A stretch of DNA of 63,436 nucleotides, the filler included, from Hyphochytrium catenoides (Eukaryota > Protista > Hyphochytriomycota): the NCBI GenBank assembly GCA_900088475.1. It is 9 parts of 9 records of this genome, joined end to end, with 100 filler letters (N's around TTAATTAATTAA, not from the genome) between each part and the next. Parts side by side here need not be neighbours in the genome. Positions count along the whole stretch, not along the records: positions 40,774 to 53,720 come from FLMG01000198.1; positions 53,821 to 55,164 come from FLMG01001840.1; positions 55,265 to 60,634 come from FLMG01003903.1; 6 more parts are not named here. The stretch is one strand, 5' to 3'. Positions 50,627-59,760 of the stretch are shown here, piece by piece. A model generated the notes under the pieces. It searched no databases, was not told the DNA's origin, and was given only the letters and a program-made list of their open reading frames with translations. Position 1 is the stretch's first letter; each line of letters begins with the position of its first letter. The translations under genes and the position numbers were made by a program.

Positions 50627-51198
50627 TGTTGGATTTGTATGGGATTTTGGACAATGTCATTAGATGAGACTGCTCTACTTATAAGCCCAATGGGGGTCCC
50701 ACAATCTAGAGCTATTCTGACTATGCCAACTATGTTGAGTGCTACTATGTTCGTTGTCAGTAGTACAGTAGTCACTCTCTATACACACCTAGCTCTCAGG
50801 GACATAGACGTTAAGGGTTCACCTGTGTTATGGGAAAGAGGGATGTGAGAAGAATTTCCAGAAGAACACAGGAGCAGCAGAGGAGAGAGAGATGATGAGG
50901 GAAGCTGGGCCAAGCAAAAGATCTCGAGTCCAGACCAGGCTCTCAGGACTGAGTGATCATTCAGAGAAGCTCCACACACATCAATACCAAGTCCCTTTGT
51001 TGTCATTGCATCTAGATTGTGCTCATACAGAAGCTTCAGGCATTGTCACCCATCTCTGTAAAATTCATCAAACTATTCCTAAGAAAACCCTAAGACATTC
51101 AGTAATAGAGAGATCCCTGCCTAGAACAGTTATTACTGAAGGTATTCCGGGGTACTGACCATAAGCCATAGATATAAACAGGGACATTTCGTTTGCTT
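50627..51198 (-). mobile_element. Inverted family-A LTR interrupted by a family-B solo LTR and by the TRIM
   Basis: 50627-50732 and 51071-51198 are consecutive reverse-complement pieces of LTR A. Confidence 0.85.
50733..51070 (+). mobile_element. Solo LTR family B
   Basis: TGTTGAG..TTCATCA with perfect TSD AACTA on both sides. Confidence 0.92.
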
Positions 51199-51287
51199 TG
51201 TTGAACTGTGATCGACGCTGAAGTGTACAGCGGACGACGCAGGGGGAAAATCCCTGGTATATAAACAAAAACGGAGATTAGTCAAGA

Positions 51288-51368
51288 GTACGTTTGGTGT
51301 ATGGTGCATACTGGTTAGGGTGTCGGCATCAAAGACAGAGGTCCTGGGTTCAAATCCCGGAGCGTACA
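51288..51368 (+). ncRNA. 81-nt tRNA-like RNA in TRIM 5' LTR (candidate self-encoded RT primer)
   Basis: 7-bp acceptor stem, canonical T arm/B box GGTTCAAATCC, variable loop AGGTC and TATATAAA at 51258-51265. The anticodon domain is enlarged and non-canonical. Confidence 0.75.
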
Positions 51369-51444
51369 AAACTTTGCTCCGATATATCCAGACACCCCCC
51401 AATATTAATTCAAAGTGCTCACCATCAAATGATAAAAACTAAAA

Positions 51445-51458
51445 TGGTGTACGCTCCG
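51445..51458 (+). promoter_or_regulatory. Primer-binding site of the TRIM
   Basis: Starts with TGG at the LTR boundary and is the reverse complement of CGGAGCGTACA+CCA. Confidence 0.85.
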
Positions 51459-51666
51459 AGCGATTTAACTCGGGCAATATAGTGAGCCATTCGGTTCTGT
51501 GACCATTAATGACCATCACAGTTCCATTTGAATCTAGAGCTTACAGAGTTCTCTAGATTCCGGGGGAGTGTTGAACTGTGATCAACGCTGAAACCAAAAA
51601 GTGTACAGCGGACGACGCAGAGGAGAAAATCTCTAGTATATAAAGAAAAACGGAGATTAGTCAAGA

Positions 51667-51747
51667 GTACGTTTAGTGTATGGTGCATACTGGTTAGGGT
51701 GTCGGCATCAAAGACAGAGGTCCTGGGTTCAAATCCCGGAGCATACA
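51667..51747 (+). ncRNA. tRNA-like RNA copy in TRIM 3' LTR
   Basis: Same sequence as 51288-51368 with two G-to-A substitutions. Confidence 0.65.
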
Positions 51748-51750
51748 AAA

Positions 51751-52420
51751 CGCCCCCTTCAACTCGTCCACTCCGATGTTGGCATTGTCAATACACTTAG
51801 CCTTGGCGGTCATCGTTACTACGTGGTTTTCGTCGATGACTATACTCGTCGAGTTTTTCTGTATCTCATGAAGAATAAGAGTGAGGTCATCACTCACCTC
51901 GAAACCTTCATCAGATGGCTGAGCGCCAACAAACAGGACTTAAAGTTCAACGTATTCGGATCGACCGAGGTGGGGAATACTGCCCAGAGCTCAGAGGCTT
52001 TGAAGGAGTATTGCAAGACACGTGGCATTCTACATGAGCTTACAGCTCCATAATACAGTCCAGCGCAGAACGGAGTTGCCGAGCGACGCCAGAGGACTCT
52101 TGTGGAGTCTGCCCGGTGCATGCTACATGCCGCCAAGCTACCGCCCTCCTTTTAAAGTGAAGCTTTGTTAACGGCTGCATATGTAGGTAATCTCTCCCCA
52201 ACAAGCGCCTTACATGGAGCAACTCCCTATGAAAAATGGTTCAATGCCAAACCGGACGTTAGTCATCTCCGTGTCTTTGGTCTTGCCTATGCACTCGTTG
52301 GGTACCCAGACAACTCAAAGGCCTATCGACTTTATGACAGAGAGAGTGGTACCATCATTGAGCGTAGGGATGTTGTGTTCGCTGAGGGGGAATTTGGTTC
52401 GCTACTTCAAACCTCGCCTC
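51751..52420 (+). pseudogene. Copia integrase core, degenerate
   Basis: PLQLVHSDV, YYVVFVDDYTR, PAQNGVAERRQRTLVESAR, TPYEKWF..PDVSHLRVFG and VGYPDNSKAYRLY, with stops and frameshifts. Confidence 0.9.
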
Positions 52421-52628
52421 AGCTGCGTGACTCTGTACTCCATCTCTTTGATATACTTAGCGAGGAAGACAGCTCCCTCCCCAACAATCCGACTCGTAAA
52501 GGGGATTCTGATCAACATATGTCCATCCAAGTGCCCCCCCCCAACGAATACCTCGCCAAACAACCTCTGAACCAGCAGACACCGTCAGCTTCGACCCTTC
52601 ACAAGAGGGAGTTGGAGCTGCGGGGAGG

Positions 52629-52954
52629 TGTTGGAGTCTGAGGGCCCAGCTCTGTGGACTACAAGCTGGCAAGCTTAAACTACCAAAGTTTCAGCTCTAA
52701 ACTCCCAGTATAAGCCGAGATATGAAGCAAACGAAATGTCCCTGTTTATATCTATGGCTTATGGTCAGTACCCCGGAATACCTTCAGGACTGACTGTTCT
52801 AGACAGGGATTTTTCTATGACTGAATATCTTAGGGTTTATTAGGAATAGTTGGCATAGTCAGAATAGCTCTAGTTTATGGGACCCCAGTTGGGCTTATGA
52901 GTAAAGCACTCTTCATCTAATGACATTGTCCAATCATCCCATACAAATCCAACA
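52629..52954 (+). mobile_element. Full LTR family A (326 bp) flanked by an upstream PPT and a downstream PBS
   Basis: GCGGGGAGG|TGTTGGA...TCCAACA|GGTTATGGGCCCAC, with a 7-bp terminal inverted repeat. Confidence 0.9.
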
Positions 52955-53434
52955 GGTTATGGGCCCACACGTCCCCCAGGACTCGGAAACTTGTTCTGAG
53001 GTCTCTGAGCCAACCACTGGACCATTGCGATCCCGAAATGTCCCTGTTTATATCTATGGCTTATGCTGGGAGTTTAGAGCTGAAACTTGGGTAGTTAAGC
53101 TTGCCAGCTTGTAGTCCACATAGCTGGGCCCTCAGACTCCAATACCTCCTCGCAGCTCAAACTCCCTCTTGTGAAGGGTGGAAGCTGAACATTCAACAAT
53201 ACCGACAATTCAGCTTCGATAGATCCGTGTTCACCTCCCGATGACCGTTGCGAAAACCTGCGCGTTTGCCCAGACAGTCTGGTCTACAACAACCTCTTGC
53301 CCAACCCCAGCAGCACGAGCAACTGATTCCCCACAACAAGTACCTCCCTCCCGCATTCCGCTTTTCAAACGCCGACTTCGACAAAAAGACTCTATTTTCT
53401 CCATGGCTAATCACCTTGGCAACTCCTTATCACC

Positions 53435-53720
53435 CAATGAACCCCGAACGATAGAGGAGGCTCTTTCTGGACCGGATGCGTCGGAGTGGAACGCCGCTAT
53501 CAGTGAAATGGCATCTATGGAACAACACGACCTCTGGGAACTCGTTGAACGTCCTTCAGGAGCAAACGTCATTGGGTGTAGATGGGTGTTTCGCGTAAAC
53601 TATGGAAGTGATGGCACCATCGATCGCTATAAGGCATGACTCGTTGCTCAAGGCTACAAGCAGAAACAGGGGATCGATTACAACGAGGTCTTCGCTCCAG
53701 TGGTCAGCTATGAGTCCGTC
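53435..53720 (+). pseudogene. Copia reverse transcriptase N-terminal part, runs into the linker gap
   Basis: EPRTIEEAL, WELVERP..VIGCRWVF, YKA*LVAQGYKQKQGIDYNEVFAPVV. Confidence 0.9.
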
Positions 53721-54824
53721 NNNNNNNNNNNNNNNNNNNNNNNNNNNNNNNNNNNNNNNNNNNNTTAATTAATTAANNNNNNNNNNNNNNNNNNNNNNNN
53801 NNNNNNNNNNNNNNNNNNNNATGTGTCTCTCCTTGTCCGCGGGAGAGGACAGGAGACAATCGTCAGATCCTCGAGCGTCCTCCGTCGGGCAAAGCGGAAC
53901 TCGGAGTCGAATAGATTCGAGAGAGAGAGCTCCAAGAGAGAGACTGGACATTCCAGGTACCAACTCTCGTTTCCCTGACATGCAGGAAACGAGGGGGAGA
54001 GAGAGGCAAGAGAAGCAAAAAGAGAGAGGCATAGAGAATATAACTAACCGAGGCAGGAAATCATGTCCGCCTTTGGATGGGCAGGGAGAGAAAGGGACAC
54101 AAAGGGAGAGAAAGAGAGACCATAAAGAGAGAAAAAAAAGAGACAGGTGGACCGAGATGATAGCTCAATGATCTCTGCGACATAAGAAAAGAAAACGCTA
54201 GTCCCACCTACGATACTAGGAGGATAGTGTGAACCCGGACAAACAGAAGTGGTAGAGCCAGATGTGGCCTTGAGCCTCTCTCTCTCTCTCTGGGGCGCGC
54301 TCTCTCTATCGCTCTCTTCCTTCCCTTTCTTTCTCTCTCTCTCTTTCTCTTTCTCTCTCAACTCTTCCGTCCTGCCTCCCTCCACCGTCCTGCGATTGCT
54401 ACTTTTTCCTACCGTGGGTGCCAGTCTCGAGGCGGAGCAGCAGTCGAGACAGTACTTTGACGCGCCATCGAGCTTCTGCAGGTTCTCTGTCTCTGTGGCT
54501 TTATATCCTCCCCGAGAGAGAGAGTCGCGGCAGGAGGAGAGACCCAGTCCTGAATAGCACGTCAGGAGGATGGTTGCGGTGTCCACAGGTTGCGCTATTA
54601 TTTGGCAGAGTTAATCTTCAGTTAGTGGCTTCTCGCTAGAGGACAATAGCAACTTAACTTTCTCTCTCTCTCTTTCCGGAGTCTCTCTCTCTCTCTTTTT
54701 TCTGATCTTTCGCCTACTATTCTCTCTCTCCTCTCTCTCTCTCTCGTTATAGGGACACTACACGGCAGCAATTTAACTCCTGAGGAGCTCCGATATCTTC
54801 CTCCTCCACTTGCACGTCAGCTGA

Positions 54825-54861
<37 letters not shown>

Positions 54862-55116
54862 TCTCTCTGTCTCCTTCTCTCTCTCACTGTCTCTCTGCTG
54901 CGCTCTCTGTGCACTTATGGCTCCACAGAGATACTCAGGAGCATATTTCCGCTCCTCCTCGATCCTTCCATCGCTTACTCTCTAGGACGCTTGTCAACTT
55001 TAGGACTTACCCGCGGGCTCCAGGACTCCAAAGATTCTATAAGTGGCCTCCTGGTGTTTACATAGAGACAACAGCGTATCAGTATGGGGCTTTGCAAGTA
55101 CTGAAGAAGTAGAGAC

Positions 55117-55152
<36 letters not shown>

Positions 55153-55264
55153 GAAAAAGAGAAGNNNNNNNNNNNNNNNNNNNNNNNNNNNNNNNNNNNN
55201 NNNNNNNNTTAATTAATTAANNNNNNNNNNNNNNNNNNNNNNNNNNNNNNNNNNNNNNNNNNNN

Positions 55265-55700
55265 CCCTTACCCGCTGCCTTAACCCGGTGCCCTAACCCA
55301 CTTCCCTAACCCTAATATGCTGCCTTCAACCGCTGCCATAAACTGCTGCCAATATTGCTGCCATTAACTGGTGCCCTAAACCGCTGCCCTAACCCTAACC
55401 CTTATCCGGTAACCCTTAATATAACCCAGTGCCGTTCTCCTCATCGCTGCTTTCTTCTACCATTAAGCTGTTTTTCTATCTCGCAGCGGTTAAGCTGTTT
55501 TTTTATCCCGCAGCGGTTAAGCTGTTTTTTTATCCCGCAGCGGTTGCCCTTTGCTAACGCGGAACCGTTATATAACTCGCGGCCACCAGCGGTTAAGCTG
55601 TTTTTTATCCGGCGGCGGCCCTTCGCTAACTCAAAACCCTTATATAACCCGCGGCCATAACCCGCGGCTGTGAGCTTCGGCCATAACCCGCTGCCATAGC
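55265..55700 (+). repeat. Degenerate CCCTAA-containing minisatellite and GCGGTTAAGCTGTTTTTTATCC repeats
   Basis: Recurrent CC(C)TAACC-GCTG units of about 13 bp (55265-55430) and about four 27-bp units (55460-55612). Confidence 0.7.
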
Positions 55701-56383
55701 CCGCTCCCGAAACGCACATTCATAGCCTCCTGTCATAATTCTAATGCCCTCTGTATCATATTCTGGTCCGCTTGACTCATGTGCTCTTGCTTTAAATTGC
55801 TTCTTACCCCTAAACCCGTACTCATGAATTTCGGTCTCCTCGCTCTTACTTCCGCGCTCTGAATTCAATATCCTTGATCTCGCGAACTTTGTCCCCTGTA
55901 TGAATCCTTGCTGATGCTCTTCCTCTTCCTTGCTCTTTTTGTGTACCTCTCGTGGTGAGGAATTGCTCTCGCATTCTCTTTGCTAGCCTAAAATGCTCTC
56001 TAATATCGCCCCTACATACCTACTAGCTGTACTCGAATATTTCTCTCACTTCTCTATCATTTCTCTATCCCTTCTCAAGAACTCTACCCACTGTACAAAT
56101 CTAGCCGGGAAAGAAGACTAGACACAGTTGTCCTAGCCGTTGCTGCAAGAGAGAACACATGAGAAGGATCGTGAGACCAGGAGTGGGCAAGATGAGGAGA
56201 GACGCAGATCGGATACTCAAGCCAGTCTTTATATAGGTGTACGTGCCAACCTAAGTACCAGCGACATGCCAGTAGTGGTGCCTACCATAGATGCCATTTA
56301 AGGTACCACCCTAGAAGCCAGCTTCACTCTGCCACCTAGGTACCAGTTAGCAGAATCCTGAATTCCAGCCTTAGGAAACACCA

Positions 56384-58600
56384 CTATAGGGTCTGTTCTT
56401 TGCCACTCCCCTCTCCTGAAGGCATTGTGCTTCTAACGCGGACTTGCGGTTGATGAGCCTCTTGAACACGCATAATGAGGTTTTGCCAAGCTGTTGAGCA
56501 GCGGCGAAAAACTTCTCTCTTGTCACTCCCAAGAAGGCTCAAGTACGAACTGATTAGTCGCACATACTTTTCACCAGCTGTTCTTGAGGAATGCCCCATC
56601 TGTTGATCGTATATAGCCTAAATCGACCTTTTTGCCGCATCTGCCGCTTCACCAAGATGAGCATTCGTAAACGCCTTCACCGCATGCCGGAACTCGTTGA
56701 AAGTTAGTCTCAAATTGTATTGTAGACAGTACACGGTGAACACTCTTCTGATCTCCTCCGCAGAGGCGCGTCGCTGTCCTCTGACGAACAGAAAGTCTTT
56801 GTAGAGATTGCTCACGCTAGCATTGTACAGCTTCTTGGCAACAAACCTGTATGAAGGAATGAGCAGTGACGTGTCGTACTTATTCCCGCGCATTGTGACG
56901 AGCCTGGGAAATGTTGGCGCCTACCTCTCAAAGCGTTTCACGAGACACAGGTAGTTTAAGAGGAGATTCGCGACAGGCTTTGGTAAAAAGCGAGCGATTG
57001 CAGCGTCGTGGTCAGTTAACGAAGAAGTTTGGCTGTATTGCTGAACGATCATAAACGTGTCTTGGCATATGAAAACGCTTCGGAGGCCACTCCGAGAATT
57101 GGTCAGCATATATTCCCTTATCTCAGTAGCTCGCGCTGGCTGTCCACTGGTAAGGTGAACAAGGACTAGGAGAACGTTAACAAGCTCAGCAAACTTCTCG
57201 GCCCATAATGAAAGCTCCGCCTTGTTCCACTGGCGAGTTCCAGTGAAAGGCTGGATGAAAAGAAAGCTTCTCTGTGGGTCACGTGACGGGAGCTCTCGGA
57301 TAAGATGTTCGCCAAGCGCCGTCTTGTCGGACTTCAAGATTTGATCGTTCTTTCTTTCGGTAAGGAACGAATACCCAGGATCGTCTTCGCAGAGACGGTC
57401 CACTAACTTCTCCATGATCTTTTCGTCTAATGGCTGATAGCCTCTTAGAACGTCCGCGATTAGTATCCTTTGCGCTTTTTCTAGAATATCCGCTGTCATC
57501 CTGCGGATATCTTCCAGAGCCAGCTTATGTCCTCTCATCCTGCCCTTTGTTTTTAGAGAACCTGGTACCCAATCCATGTTCGGCTCACTTATCTCGTCTT
57601 TGGCGAGAACGTCTGCAAGAACAAATACTTCATGGACCTAATTGTAGGGAGTTCTCTTTCCTTCGCAGGAGATTTCATAGACTTGTGCATACGTTCTATA
57701 AGGAAACAATACGAGAGTTAAATCTTAGTTAGTGACAGGGGACTCGAAATTGCTCACTCGTCGTTCTTCCTCAGGCGATTAAGAGCCTCAAGCACAACGG
57801 TTGTTCGGCAGACAAACTGTAGCTTTGCGGCGACCTGCTTTACCGGGCTGGCTCTGAGAAGCGCACCAGAATCCGAAGTACATATTAAGGATAAGAGCCG
57901 CGCCACCGGACTTCGATATCTTTCCTCAGCCAGCACTTGTATAGGAACGTAGTAGCACCAAACGCTTACATTCACCAGGTGTAGGAGTCTGAGGGCACTC
58001 TTATCTCCTAACAGAGTTTTCAGCATCGCGGCAGTATCTTCTTGCGCGTTCCTCTTGGTCTCGTGGCTTTGTACTATTCTCTGAATATGAACCACAAGAT
58101 TTATGCAGTGCAACCTAAGCTCATCGGGAGGGACCAAGTCTAAAGACGCAGCGCGAAACTGGCGGCAGCATATGCACCTTATAAGCATGACAAGGAGCCT
58201 GCAGTAGCATAAAGAGTATTTGGCGTAGCTTTGTGGGCTCTGAAGACCAGCGTAGTGTAATTATTGTCACAAACAGAGGTTTCTGTGGTACTTTATTTAG
58301 GCGGCTAAGCTTGATCTGGGAAGCAGGATCAGAACTTCACTGCCTACTCAACCCCAGGGTAGTATACTCAGTCTTGGTTAAAGAGCACTCCATCCATCTC
58401 TCAGATAGGGGACTACCCACCTCTCCAACAATGGACCCTAGGCTAAAGTATTCCAAGAGCATGACTGAGAGCCCACCCAGATTGTGGCAATCTAGGCAAG
58501 GATACCAACGAGAAGAGTCACACTAAGAAGACAGAGGAGATTGCACTTACCTGAGTAGATAGAACATAACACTTTAGGCAGACGACACTTTGTACTGGTA
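56384..58600 (-). pseudogene. Intron-containing tyrosine-recombinase-like gene (fungal GQPAR type, as in DUF3505/telomere-linked helicase-associated proteins), disrupted
   Basis: LTSGQPARATEI (R), FNEFRHA, QQMGHSSRTAGEKY (H..Y), IARFLP and N-terminal VCLKC. GT-AG introns at 56847-56924 and 57696-57757 restore frame, but in-frame TAG stops remain. Confidence 0.7.
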
Positions 58601-59206
58601 AAGAGCTAATGTCATTTCAGTTGAGAAAGAGCAACGTGGCAAACAAGTGCTAAGTGTCAGACTGGTGACCAGAGAGAACAACTCTGTGCTAATCAACTCT
58701 AGACGGAATCTAGTGTAAGGGATTGTACTAGTATAGTAGAGTAGCCTAGACCTCCCCCTGGAGCCATGGGGTGACTGAGGTCATCGAGTGGCTTGGGGCG
58801 GCGCGCTAACAACGATGAATATGATCATTCTGGCATTTCCCGAGCTCCCCTCTCGCCTCGTCGCTAGGACCTTACATGGTGCATTCACCGGATGTGAATA
58901 GAAAAACTACCAAGAGACCACAACAACTCACCCACCACGCTATACTAGCTATGACTGCTACGAAGAGAAGCACTCGTAACAACCCATCAATGAAAATGCA
59001 AGCCAAGCCCATCTCCAGCTGCACCCGCAACAGCAGCGGCAGAAACAACAGCAGTAGCTGCAGAAGAAATAGACCCCGAAACCTCGACCAGCGAGGAGAA
59101 TATGGTTATTGAGGACAATCCAGGAGACAACCGGGCTCCTACTACAAAAGAACCTTAAACAACAGCGGACCAGCTGCTACCCACCGCAGAAGAACCACGA
59201 AACCAA

Positions 59207-59760
59207 GTGATCTCTTCTGAACTGAAGAAAGAGATCCAGTATCAGATCCAGATCGCAATATCCGCTGTCAAAAGCGACCTTACCGTCTCCCTACAAAGCC
59301 AGTTAGAAGTCATCTGCTCGTTAGTCAAAAGACTCGAGAAGGACGTCCAAGCTGTCCCAGAGAGACCTTATCCGGCCCTGCAAAATACGCAGAACCAGAA
59401 AATCAAGGCACACCTCCTCCCTGATTATAGCCTGATGAAAAGAACAGGGAGGTGCGCTTTATCCTCTATGTACAACGGTTCATGGAAGTTATGTGAACAA
59501 CACGCATAAATTTGCGTCTGACTCCGTAAAGCGGAACGAGCTTATCGGAAAAATCCAAGGTCATGTGGACCCTGATACCCTAGTCCCTCAATCAAGTCGG
59601 AATCTATGACTTTTGAAGAGTACTGCGCAAGACTTATCGAGAGATACGTTAAAGGAAGAACGAGAAGAAGGACATCAAGTAAGAGAACAAGGAGCGAGAA
59701 CATAGAGACATAGGGAGAGGTACAAAGAGAGAGAGAGGCAACCCTGCGTCTCTTCGGGGA
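59207..59760 (+). pseudogene. Possible degenerate Ty3/Gypsy gag remnant
   Basis: Coiled-coil segment followed, across frameshifts, by FASDSVKRNELIGKIQG and MTFEEYCARLIERY, which resemble capsid motifs. Confidence 0.3.

Larger units (their letters stand above)
51199..51750 (+). mobile_element. TRIM with tRNA-like gene in both LTRs: 5' LTR 51199-51444, internal 124 bp 51445-51568, truncated 3' LTR 51569-about 51750
   Basis: Two direct LTR-D copies. PBS TGGTGTACGCTCCG directly follows the first and PPT GGGGGAG directly precedes the second. No recognisable protein-coding content. Confidence 0.9.

Noticed and set aside
51288-51368. Ordinary tRNA-Pro or tRNA-Ala gene
   Set aside because: The anticodon arm cannot be folded canonically, the loop differs among copies, and every copy lies at the same position inside an LTR.
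53821-55112. Possible exons on a short contig
   Set aside because: Some AG/GT-bounded stretches exist, but there is no recognisable motif or consistent frame.
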